Below are positions 34,908-46,200 of a stretch of 64,000 nucleotides of DNA, piece by piece. The position numbers and the translations under genes were made by a program. Under the pieces are notes generated by a model. It ran no database searches and was not told the DNA's origin. It worked only from the letters and a program-made list of their open reading frames with translations. The first letter of the stretch is position 1, and every line of letters begins with the position of its first letter. The stretch lies in IMG/VR virus record IMGVR_UViG_3300044646_001937, positions 124,001-188,000 of that record; one strand, given 5' to 3'.

Positions 34908-36722
34908 ATGGATATTAAATTTTTATCTGAAGCGTATCCATCCAATGACCTCACTGACGGACAATATTTATACAGGTCTTTAGGTTCTTTTTGGACACAC
35001 ATATTTCAGGATAAAAAGGCACTGCAAGGCTACACACTAGGCCAAGCGGAAGAATTAACGCAGTCATATTTAAAGCTGGCTGAAATAATTAATACATACA
35101 GCGTCAAAAATATTCCATTGTACGCCAAAGAAAAATGGAAACCGCTGCTCATTAAAAAATCAGCAGCCAACAAAGCTTCTTTTAAGTTTGAAAATACTGG
35201 AGCAGTGTTTGGGGTACAACCGCAAGATGACCCATACTACGCTAATAGACTGTTTAGGTTCGGTTTTCCGAAAGAAACAGGAGATTCTGTTTACGGTTAT
35301 GAGGTAGGTAACAATATTAAAGACTTTGGACTGCTGGCTAACAGAGTAATAGCGCCGTCTTTAGTTTTATTACCTGGAGTCGACTTTACGTTAAGTAATG
35401 GTGTATTGTACTTTAACAAAGATATATTTAATTCAGATTATCTACCTAAATCAAAAATACTTGGAGAGTTTGGCAGCGTGGTACAATTCAAAGACGCATC
35501 AGGCGAGCTAGTTGATGATGAATTAATTATCCTATGGATGCACGATGCTAGTATAGATGTAGACTATCTATACAAAAACTTTGGGATACTTTTTGACTTT
35601 AGATTGAGTACATCTCAAAACTACAAAGATATACTTAAATCTTTTATGCAGCTTGCGGTAGACGGACCTTCAATCGAAGCAATCACACTAGCACTCTCCG
35701 CGTTCTGCGGGCTACCAACAGTTATAGAGCCTACTGAAACAGTTGAGGATATTTTTACAAACTCCAACCATACCCACAGGATTGTAGTCACAGACAAGCA
35801 GGTATACAGATTGCCCATAGATCAAGAACTAGCGAGAAATGTACAAGTAGGTAAAAAGATATACTTAGGACAATGCATTGGAGCTGGGCTTGAAGTCATA
35901 GATGCAGTCATAACACCTGACTGGTGGATAAATAGTATCAAAACAAAGAAGTTAGGTTTACCGGCCCACTTGTTTGCAGCTAATGTAAAACATCAACTGT
36001 TTTTTGAATCTGACGTTACCTTGATTACAAAAACAAATGGCGATATATATTTTCCTGTAACTGGAAACCCCAGGGACGTGCAGGCTTTTCAGGCATATAT
36101 TAACGAACCAGCAAACAAAACAATTATTTCCGAAAAGCTGGGGTTGCTCGATGACAACTCCACAGGATTATACAGCTCTCCTTTGGATTTTGTATTTTCA
36201 AATTTTTTAAAAAACAATACGCTTTTAATTAAGCTGTCGTTTCATTCCGACAAACAACTAAAATTGTTTTTTGATCTGCTGCCTACTATCAAGGATTATT
36301 TACCTGCGCATGTGTGCCTGCTTACATATGTCACCTTAACATTACAGAGCGAAATATTAGGAGGGCTTAATAATGCTCTAAGTATTTCTGATTACCCTAA
36401 TGAATATTTCAGTATGGATGGTTCGGATCCTTTCACAGGCAGTCGTCCAGGCAGCGTGGAAGAATCTGTATACTATAAAGATTATGCAAATAGGTTATTC
36501 TGTATATCTGTAGGACCATATAGGGACGGAAAGCCTTTACATGATGAAGATAACCTGGATACTATTATGATTGATAATGGTACCACAAAGAACACCAGCT
36601 TTTCAGGCATAAAATCAGGACTTTTAAGAACAGAAATACCTGAAATTGTGATACCTCCAGGCGATGCGGCTAGAGGGCCATCTACCAGAGAGGTGCAAAC
36701 TATCTTATTAATCGACTTTTAA
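34908..36722 (+). CDS. Baseplate wedge protein (gpI/gp7-like)
   Basis: Follows J. Motifs LYKNFG..YKDILK..GPSIEAI..L and IKDYLPAHV. ATG 34908 preferred over TTG 34899. Confidence 0.6.
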   Translation: MDIKFLSEAYPSNDLTDGQYLYRSLGSFWTHIFQDKKALQGYTLGQAEELTQSYLKLAEIINTYSVKNIPLYAKEKWKPLLIKKSAANKASFKFENTGAVFGVQPQDDPYYANRLFRFGFPKETGDSVYGYEVGNNIKDFGLLANRVIAPSLVLLPGVDFTLSNGVLYFNKDIFNSDYLPKSKILGEFGSVVQFKDASGELVDDELIILWMHDASIDVDYLYKNFGILFDFRLSTSQNYKDILKSFMQLAVDGPSIEAITLALSAFCGLPTVIEPTETVEDIFTNSNHTHRIVVTDKQVYRLPIDQELARNVQVGKKIYLGQCIGAGLEVIDAVITPDWWINSIKTKKLGLPAHLFAANVKHQLFFESDVTLITKTNGDIYFPVTGNPRDVQAFQAYINEPANKTIISEKLGLLDDNSTGLYSSPLDFVFSNFLKNNTLLIKLSFHSDKQLKLFFDLLPTIKDYLPAHVCLLTYVTLTLQSEILGGLNNALSISDYPNEYFSMDGSDPFTGSRPGSVEESVYYKDYANRLFCISVGPYRDGKPLHDEDNLDTIMIDNGTTKNTSFSGIKSGLLRTEIPEIVIPPGDAARGPSTREVQTILLIDF

Positions 36723-36747
36723 AATAAAACCAATATAATAATAATCT

Positions 36748-37314
36748 ATGCTAACAACAGAAACATTAACTGCCAACAAAGCACTTGCAGGGTTTGTTAA
36801 GATTTGGAGATCTTGCAAAGCTACAGGCAACGTGGATTTGCTTGTAGATAAACAGAACATGATATTGAAGGGTGGTGCAAGGCTTGTGGCTCAAGCACTT
36901 GGAGGAAAACCAGAGGCCAAGATATGGGGCATGTATATCGGGTACAATAATCTTGAATCGTTTAATCCCCCAGCAATTACAGTTGATTACGCAAATCCTT
37001 TTGCAGAGTTTAACGAAGTTAACGGTTTTGGTTATCTCAGAGAGCCACTAACATTCACGCCATCGTACATGTCCTCTGAAGGCTACACAGACAACACAGT
37101 GTTGTTTTCCACAATGATCACATCCGCCACTAACGCCGGCGGCGCAGAGTTTAATACGGATAGTAGAATTTACGAAGTTGCACTTGTGGCTGCAGGAGAT
37201 CCTGATGACAGTACGGAAGATACAGTATTTTCTAGAACTAATTTTACTCCCGTAAAATATGATTCAAGCTACAACTTCACAATAACATGGGGAGTTAGAA
37301 TTTTATTACCCTAA
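36748..37314 (+). CDS. Baseplate/tail-fibre attachment protein
   Basis: NMILKGG..LVA..IYEVALVA..VFSRTNF.P.K..ITW is a common pattern in myophage fibre-collar proteins. Confidence 0.55.
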   Translation: MLTTETLTANKALAGFVKIWRSCKATGNVDLLVDKQNMILKGGARLVAQALGGKPEAKIWGMYIGYNNLESFNPPAITVDYANPFAEFNEVNGFGYLREPLTFTPSYMSSEGYTDNTVLFSTMITSATNAGGAEFNTDSRIYEVALVAAGDPDDSTEDTVFSRTNFTPVKYDSSYNFTITWGVRILLP

Positions 37315-37317
37315 TAT

Positions 37318-39351
37318 ATGAGCGTAACTCCCTGGCTACCTACAGTTAGAAGAATTAAAGACGGAGAGACGGTAGAGCAAACAACCGTAAATCTACCTAT
37401 AGACCAACTTACTCAAAGAGATCAGCATCTTTATGAGAAGTTTGAAGAAATGGCGGGCAAGTCTGTACTGATCACTTTTGGACAGCCTATACATCCTAAT
37501 GAAACATTGCAGGTAGGCGAGCTAAGTCTGGTATATTACAAAAGCGACGCATCTGGGGCTGGTGTAGCAAAAGGAACCACAGGGTTCTCATCAGCCTTTT
37601 CTTCGATGTTCACTCCAAACAATTCAAACTATACGTTTGGGTTGGTGAAGACTGTCTACCCATCAAACAATACAGTAGATCTTTACACTGAAGGCTTCTG
37701 CGATCTTCCGGTGGATTTAGATCATGCAATTTACGGACTAATTCAAAAAGATTCCGCAGGTGTCGTTGAAGAGTTTAGTGTAGGTCCATACTACTTGTCC
37801 ACAAAAACTCCAGGCAAAATAACTAAAGACCCCTCTGGTATACCTGTGTACGTTGGCTACGCTGTCAGTAAAAGACACTTTTTACTGCATACCAATGTTG
37901 ATGAATTTTCACAATTTTTTATAAATTATAGATATCATTTACTAGATAGAGTGGCTGGAGTACCAGCACTCTCAAATGCCACTTGGACTATAGCGTCCTC
38001 TGATATCACAAAACTAGGTTGGATATCAGCTGCAGCGGCAGTAAGTTCAGGAGTAGTTGCACCAGAAGGAGCAGTATTCTATTACAATATACCAGCTCCT
38101 TCAGTTATTGTCACAGACACGTACATCACTGACACAGAAAAAGAGGAAGCCTCACAACTAACTAAATATCTTCCTCCCATACCTGCCAATTTCATACAGC
38201 TCTACGTCAACGGCACCCTAGCCAGATACAATGACATTTATGATACTGCTGGAGATTTTTCAGTAAATGAGTATGGTTTATGGTGGCATAAAAATACCGC
38301 TGGTTTGCAACCCTGGTCCGCAGCCTACCCACAAACAGCCCCCACAGGTAGCCCATCGAACTGGAGTACATTAAAAGCTACCACTATAAGCAGCTCTAGA
38401 AAAAATATCTTTATAAGCTTTTCTAAATTTAACCCCGCCCTCAGAACACAGCTTGTAAGTTCGCTAAGACCTTTTAATACCCTAGGTACAGATTACTCAT
38501 CTAATTTTATAAAATTTTACAGCGTTGATGATTTAGGGGCAGAGTCGCGTACAGGAGATTTAATTGTATCTATAGATCCTAAAACGAACTATGTAGGATA
38601 TAAAACATCGTTTACATCTTCTGACATAAATACGCTTACCGATAATTTTTCATATCCTGCAGTAAGATCTTCATCGTTTTCAGCCAATAGGGCAGTTGCG
38701 GCCATAAAATACGTCAAAGAGGAAGGGTTGTTTAAAGCGGCCCTGACTCCAGTTGTATCGAAGTTAGTGGGCAGCGGGGGAATTAATGTCACTGAAGAAG
38801 AAAATACTGGCGTATGGACTGTAGATTACCTATCTCAAGGACAGACAGGACAGGTAGATTCCATAGAACCAATCAACGCCAGACTGGAGTTCATGGACCT
38901 TACATCTTACATCAAGTTACCAGTTCCTGGCGCCACACCGTTTGGCTTGATAGGTAAAATTGTACTACCCAAAGGCACTTCAAACGATAAAGACCTGAGA
39001 ATTATTTTTCATCTGTTTGGAGATACAACATCCCTTGATACCTCGGTTGCTTTTACTTTTGAATACTCTAGTGTGACCGCAAGCAATAGCGCAGCTAGCT
39101 CAGACTACACTACCGTAAATGCATTGAAGTATACAGCCCCTGAAAATCCGGCAGTGTTCGATTTAGCTGAAGGCCAGTATGTAGCGTACACATCCATAAG
39201 ATTATCGAATGATAATTTTGTGATACCTAAAGCACACATCAGAGAAGACTCTGTAATTAATTTTAAAATACTCAGATTTACTACAGACACCGAAACCAGC
39301 TATTCCGGTAATGTAGGCATCTTGGGTATTTATTGGGAAACTTTAACATAG
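37318..39351 (+). CDS. Putative tail fibre/baseplate structural protein
   Basis: N-terminal VNLPIDQLTQRDQHL (cf. the N.P..QLA.RT.YL fibre anchor). Beta-rich body. Confidence 0.55.
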   Translation: MSVTPWLPTVRRIKDGETVEQTTVNLPIDQLTQRDQHLYEKFEEMAGKSVLITFGQPIHPNETLQVGELSLVYYKSDASGAGVAKGTTGFSSAFSSMFTPNNSNYTFGLVKTVYPSNNTVDLYTEGFCDLPVDLDHAIYGLIQKDSAGVVEEFSVGPYYLSTKTPGKITKDPSGIPVYVGYAVSKRHFLLHTNVDEFSQFFINYRYHLLDRVAGVPALSNATWTIASSDITKLGWISAAAAVSSGVVAPEGAVFYYNIPAPSVIVTDTYITDTEKEEASQLTKYLPPIPANFIQLYVNGTLARYNDIYDTAGDFSVNEYGLWWHKNTAGLQPWSAAYPQTAPTGSPSNWSTLKATTISSSRKNIFISFSKFNPALRTQLVSSLRPFNTLGTDYSSNFIKFYSVDDLGAESRTGDLIVSIDPKTNYVGYKTSFTSSDINTLTDNFSYPAVRSSSFSANRAVAAIKYVKEEGLFKAALTPVVSKLVGSGGINVTEEENTGVWTVDYLSQGQTGQVDSIEPINARLEFMDLTSYIKLPVPGATPFGLIGKIVLPKGTSNDKDLRIIFHLFGDTTSLDTSVAFTFEYSSVTASNSAASSDYTTVNALKYTAPENPAVFDLAEGQYVAYTSIRLSNDNFVIPKAHIREDSVINFKILRFTTDTETSYSGNVGILGIYWETLT

Positions 39352-39360
39352 TATTAGATT

Positions 39361-40239
39361 ATGCCATGGGTAGATAGTTTAGACTGGTTATCATTAAACG
39401 CGTTAAGAAAATACCCAATAAGGGAAGGTCTTAGCGCGTCTAGTGATGACGGTCTATTTTCTATACCAGACACATTGATTGTAGATTTTTCACTTTGTGC
39501 ATCGTCAGATGTGGCAAAAAGATTCTATATATCCAACATATTCAATAAACTTACAGCCATAGTAATCACCATATCAGATGATGAAGATGTTGTTGTAGGT
39601 ACGTTTGAAGCAACCGCACAAGAAGAAGATCTTACATATTATTTAAACGCTACAGCCGCCTATGCTAGAGCCAACGGAAAACTCACTATAGGCTCTTTTA
39701 AAGATTTGCAATATCAGCCATCAGGTAGCTTCACCTTTTCCATAACGGCTACAGAATTTGAACCAAGAACAATTATTCCAGGACTAAAAGGCATTGATCG
39801 TATCAGTTTTACAGATAACATAAACGGCGAACAATCACTAACAGGTAGTGTGCTGCTTACATCCAGAAATAACTTAATTTTTTCATACGCCGACAATAGA
39901 GTGTATATGGATGCTGGTGGAGATATAGGGTTAAATAAGCCATGTGCCACAGGAAATTGTGTTAAGAGTATAAACGGTGTAAAACCTGATCCTTTAACAG
40001 GAGATGTCGGACTTATAGGTATAGACTGCTTGAGTATATTTAGCGATAAAGCACATACTTTAAAGATAGAAGACCTTTGCTGTGTGCCCTGTGCGGGCTG
40101 TAATGATCTGGAAGAATTGACTGCCAGGACGATTGAATTAGAGAATAAACTTTTAGATTTAAGAGATCTCTACAATCAAGCAAACGCCCAATTACAGACT
40201 TATTTAAATACTATAAACTCCAATTGCGCATGTCCTTAG
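39361..40239 (+). CDS. Structural protein with Cys-rich C-terminus and coiled coil, paralogue of the 40264 N-terminus and of 63293
   Basis: Motifs NALRKYPI, CVKSINGVKP, CCVPCAGC followed by a heptad coil and CACP. Confidence 0.55.
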   Translation: MPWVDSLDWLSLNALRKYPIREGLSASSDDGLFSIPDTLIVDFSLCASSDVAKRFYISNIFNKLTAIVITISDDEDVVVGTFEATAQEEDLTYYLNATAAYARANGKLTIGSFKDLQYQPSGSFTFSITATEFEPRTIIPGLKGIDRISFTDNINGEQSLTGSVLLTSRNNLIFSYADNRVYMDAGGDIGLNKPCATGNCVKSINGVKPDPLTGDVGLIGIDCLSIFSDKAHTLKIEDLCCVPCAGCNDLEELTARTIELENKLLDLRDLYNQANAQLQTYLNTINSNCACP

Positions 40240-40263
40240 TTGCTGTTAAAATAACAAAATATT

Positions 40264-43200
40264 ATGGCAGCGCTGGAGTACCTAACGCAGAATAGTCTAA
40301 CATCACATCCTTTTAAAAATTCTTATGGGCTTGAAGAGGGGACAGGTGCTGTCGACGGTTGGTTTTACGACATTCTATTTGTTTCGTATGACGACTCTAT
40401 TCGTAGAGTATACCTCCAAAAAATAGAAAAAAAGGAAAACGGCAGTTTAGAGATAGGGATCAATAACGCTGAAACGCTAGCTAGGCTGCCTGAGGGTCTA
40501 ATAACTATAGCCGCTGAAGATGTTGTAGATCATTATGCCAATAAAATAAAAAGTTTTGTAGGCGTAGCCAAATCAAAGTTTGCTATTAAGTTTGTGATTG
40601 GTCCAACTTTGGCGGCTAAAGAAGCTTTTTCAGAAAATTACCTACCTGCAGTAACCGAACTTTCAAGCGATGTAACAGTATTAAACACTGTCAGGGTGAA
40701 TTCTATTACATTTGAGGCTTATGACGGACCAATTTTAAACACTGTAAAGCTATATACTGGAGAAGAAATAGCCCTAGTCGAGCCCAGATATAATTCAACA
40801 TTTACACTAACAGACACAAGCTCCGGCGAGTTGAGTGTCTCCGCAGGTAGCGGCGCTGGACTGTATGACAATTGTCCAACCCCAGGAAGTATAACCGATG
40901 TTCATACTTTAAATGAAATACCACCAAACTCAGAAGGAACTTTATTTCTACATGCCACAGAGTGTCATTCATTAAATTTATTAACAACTAATGACGAACT
41001 TATATATGGTGATCAATTAGACACCTACAGATCATTTACTTCACCTGGTAATACAGAACCGTTCAATGCAGTTAATCCAGAACACACTATAACTTTAGAG
41101 AATTTTTGCAGCGTTAAGTGTCCCCATGAAAACGTAAAAGCTTTAGCGTATTATATTAATCGTATAACTGACGGAGCTTCTGGACTAGCTGACATAGCGG
41201 TTAGAAATACAGAAACTAGAGGTATAGGTAGTGCTGAAGGAACAGAATTTCATGTAGATAATGCAGATTTCTGTGATGCTGCTGCGAACATATTCTTAAA
41301 ATGCCCTGTAGATAGTGAAGCATTCATTCCATGCAATCAGGGTTTTATTAAATATTTGCACGAAGGACGCACATTGCAGGTGTCCTACGATAACGCCACA
41401 ATTACAAATTACACAATTGTTTCTGTGATTAATGAGAATACTGTATTACTAGACGGCGCTCCGTCTGGAATAATGGGCAAAATCCCATTTAGGGTAATTG
41501 ATAGTGGTGTTATAAGTAATATCAATTGCGCTAGCAGTCTTTATAACAAACAAAATGACGATAAATTAAAACCATACTTTAAAGTAAGATACAGTACCAG
41601 TGAAGCATTCAATTCGGATTTTGAGTATGTCACATACGCAGCAATATCTGTAGGTGTATTTAATCCAGGTCCAGAACCTGTGCGACTCAATATAGCCTTT
41701 AATCCAAATGGACTAGGACAACAAGGCAGTTTTAAAATAAGAAAAACAGATTCAATCTACGTTTCCAGCGAAAGTGTAGTTGACTTAGATTGTAAAGAGC
41801 ACGCATTTGTAGAAGCAGTCTACTATATCAAGTGCGGAGAACCTGCCAGCAATTTTAGTATATTGGTAACAAACATTACAGCCAACCCAGATGAGATATT
41901 AGGAGATGGAGCATATTACCTACCTCCGTTAGTTGGTGTGAGTTGTCCAGGAGACATAGCCGGAGCAATAAACACCGTGCAAATTGTAAAGCAAGACACG
42001 GACACATTTAGCCAAATCATTGGCGTTGATCCGTTAGTTCAAGATGTTAAAATTTATGGAACACTTCCTGATTGGTTGACTATAACATTTCAGCCAGCAC
42101 AATCAGGACAGCCCAGCTCTTCACTAGTGCTTACAGGTACAAAAATATCTACAAATAATTATAATACGGAATATAATTTGTATGCAAGATACACAGGCAT
42201 TGCAATACCTGTGGTATCGCAGCTAGTTATTCAGTATGTGGCTCCGCCCATATTTATATATCCTACAGAGAAGTATTTTACTCAGGAAAAACCTCTAGTT
42301 ATTGACCCGCTCATAATTTATACCGAAGAAAATCCACTAACGCAGCTTACTGTGAAAAACATGGATAAGCCGCTTAGCTGGAACGGTGACAATTTTAGTT
42401 CTTATGGAGTTGACGTAATTGCTGAACGCGAGCTACCTCAGGGACTAACGCTAGACACGGTTACAGGAAAAATAACAGGAAGGTTGTTAGAGGGGGTAAC
42501 GGACGAAGGATACTGGAAAATAGCTTTAACAGCTACAAATCCTGCAGGTATAGTTTCTCAAAATCTTTATCTGGGGGTATCCAAAAGAGCCATCCCTGTA
42601 ATTTCTTTTTTACAGCAGTTACCTACAGTCATAGATAACTACACCCAATATACGATTGAGGAGCCTTTGTGTTCGTTTAAAGCCACAAATGATCCTATCC
42701 TTCTATATCAGACGACAGATAAATTACCGTCAGGACTTAGACTGGACACCACCAAAGGCGTTATATATGGCAAGATTACTGAAACAGCAGCAGGAACCAA
42801 AACAATCAATGTTTACGCTAGGAATTTTTATGGAAAATCCATACTTCCGCTAGAAGTAACGATCTCATATACCATATATAAACAACCAGAAATTCAAGCG
42901 CCTACACAGTTTGCAAGATTTAATGGTGAGGACGGCTCCACACTAGAAGAGCCACTATGTACAATAGTTGCAACACAAGCCTATGGAGGGCTTAATAATT
43001 TTGATCCGCTACTTACAGACGCCACACGCAATCATTACACAGCCACAAATCTACCTCCTGGTTTTTCAGTAGATCTTTATACCGGTAAAGTCTATGGAAT
43101 CCTAGATACTTCTGAAGGTTTTTCAAGAGCCTATGCGGTAACATTAAAAGCCTCTAATCTAGTTAATACCGCAACTGTACAAATTTACATTACATTTCCA

Positions 43201-46200
43201 AATGTAAAATTGCCTGTAATTACAAATTTGGCGAGTGGTAGTTTGTTTAAAGTTACTAGGAACCTAGAGTATTCCGTAGAAGCTGGCCCACTGGCGTCAA
43301 TATATGCGATCTATTTAGACCCTATAATTATCGCCACAGGTTTACCTGCAGGATTAACCTGCCTACCTACCGGAGAAGTAGTAGGTATGGTAGACTCTTT
43401 GCTACCCGCCGGAGATTATACCGTTTCATTTAGGGCACAAAATAGATATGGAGTATCCACCCCAGCTATTGTATGTATCGTACGAGTGGGGATTGAGCTA
43501 CTTAGCCCACTACCTAACTCAATGTTAAACTTATCTGTGAATGCACAGATTACACCAATACAAATTACAACAAGCCAGGGTGTGCCAGTAACACTTACAG
43601 TCAGGAATTTACCGGCAGGGCTAACATTTAATAATTCACAAATATACGGCACACCGGTTACAGTCGGCAGATCTAAAATATACATAACCGCGTCGGCTGG
43701 AGTCTTCGGTATAATAAAAGCCGTCATAAACGTATCCGTGTCAATTCCCACATATAGTCTTTCAGGTGCAGTTGTGGGTGTCGACTTAGCAGCGGCAACA
43801 AATGTTTTTTTAACCATAACCAGTGTAGAAACTGGCGCTATATACACAATAAAAACTACAAGCACGGGCACATACCAACTTAATGGGCTGTATGCAGGGA
43901 TATACAACGTATCCGCCCGTAAGGATCGATTTGAAATAGAGCCAATCACAAGAACAATTACAATTGTAAATACGGATGTTGCATTGCAGAGTTTTTTAAT
44001 TACAGGACCATACAGACTTATAGTCGGTACAGTAACCAACGCAATTAATAAAAGCGGTGTAGAGAACGTGGCGATAATTACATTTAATAGGACTGTGTAC
44101 ACAGATACAGCAGGCAGGTTTTTTATAAATTTATTACAGAACGAAGAAATCACAATTACTGCGGATGCTGTTTCTTATGTGTTTAATCCAAAAACAATAG
44201 ATATACCGATTAGTAATGAAGACTCAGGAGGTTATTCGTTTAAAGCCACTCCCTCGCACAATATTTCAGGAACTATAGTTTCTAAAAACATTGAAGTTCC
44301 TGCAAATATTGGAGTTCTGATAGACAATCAGAACACTGGAGAAAAATATTACGATATAGCACCTGCAGGCAGCATTTCAGTGCAGGCACTTGACGGAAAA
44401 TACAAAATATATCCTAACCCTGAAGCATCAGATTATTATAATAGTATATGGCAATTTAAGCCAAAGTATATACCTGTAGAGGTGAATGGTCTGTCGATTC
44501 AACTAGCGAAATCGTTTAACATATTTTCAGGTAAAACAATATCAGGAAGAGTTATTGCTCCGATATATGAAACAGAAATTGGTCTACCTATTCCTGTTGC
44601 TGGTGTGGCGATTACTGCCGCAAATATTACTCTAGATCAGACAAGGTTTATTTGGCTGAAGTTGGATGCAAACAATCCACCGACTATAAAGCTAGATCTA
44701 AAAACAATTAGAGCTGCCGCAGCATCCACTGAAAACATTCCTGTGACGGTTGATTTTACAACAGGATTTTTTAATCTAAGAGGTACAACAGCAGGACAGC
44801 TTTCAATGGATGGATACACTGCGTCAGTAGAAGAAATAATTCTTCTGAAAGATCAATTTTATCCTGAGTTAAACGGAATATATACAATTGTAAACCCAGG
44901 CTCTGCAACAGAGACGTTCCATCTCGTCAGAAGTACTGAAGCAAACTACAATGAATCTTTAAAAGTTGGTGCAGCAATATATGTAATTGGAGGCATCACA
45001 AACAGCGCTGCTACATATTATTTAACTACTGAAGATCAAGTTACAGCAATTTCAGATATAGATGGAAATTTCACACTGACAAACGTCTACCCAGACACTT
45101 ACAACCTATACGCTCATAAAGAAGGTGTTGGTATATTAAGTATTCCTCAAGTCAACGTATCCACGAATAATGCAACCAATCTAGTAATCGTGCCTAATAC
45201 ATATCAAATCACTGGCACGATACAGTATAGAGCGAATTATTTAAGCACGACGAAGACTCCGCTGACAGATGTTCGCATCAGTCTTTATAGAGCAAAAGAT
45301 TTATTCTTACTTAAAAAAAGCGAGAAATCAAAAGCAGACGGCTCATGGATATTTAGATCTGTACCTGACGGAGACTATATATTGAAAGCTGAATTTAGAG
45401 GAATGACACCTACAGTAGTTGAACAAAAAATTACTGTAGATGATGGCGATGTTAATCTGGTTGCCATGGAAGTGTATATAGCTGTTTTTACAGCACCATC
45501 CGCACCTATAGTAAATAACATACAGGGTGGTTATAGGTCACTAAAGGTGACAGTGAGCGAAAACCCAGAAGACATAGGTACAGAAATCCGCTATTACGAA
45601 TATTCGCTAGACTCAGGCACAACATGGGCAACTGCAGTGAAAACTTCAGACAGCGAGATATTGATCCCCGATCTCCCTCCAGCAGAAAAAACTATCTTTA
45701 AATTAAGAGCCAGAAACTTATGGTCGTATGGACCTGAGGTTGAGCTGCAGGGTGTTGCATTTGACCGCCCTGGCGCACCTACAATTACAAGTATAGCGCG
45801 CAAAAATAAAGAGCTGTTGGTAAATTTTTCACCACCACTATTTTCAGGCGGGCTATACATAGACAACTATGCATATTCCACAGACGGAGGTATCACTTTT
45901 TTACCTATTACTCCAGCAAACATAACTGGCTCATTTAGTATACTTAAAAGATCAAATAATGGGTTGGATTTGGTGAATGGTGAAAAATATCAAATAGTCC
46001 TTCACGCGCTAGCTGGAGAAGCTGCAGGTTTAGACTCAGAGCCGGAAATAACATTCCCTGTAGGTACTCCTGGACCGTCGAGACTTCTGAGTGTTGTCGG
46101 CGGAAGATTGAATGAGCTAGATATAAGCTTTGAACCTCCAGAAATAACCAATGGTGCACCTGTGGCAGATTATGCATATTCTTTAAATGGAGGTCCATTT

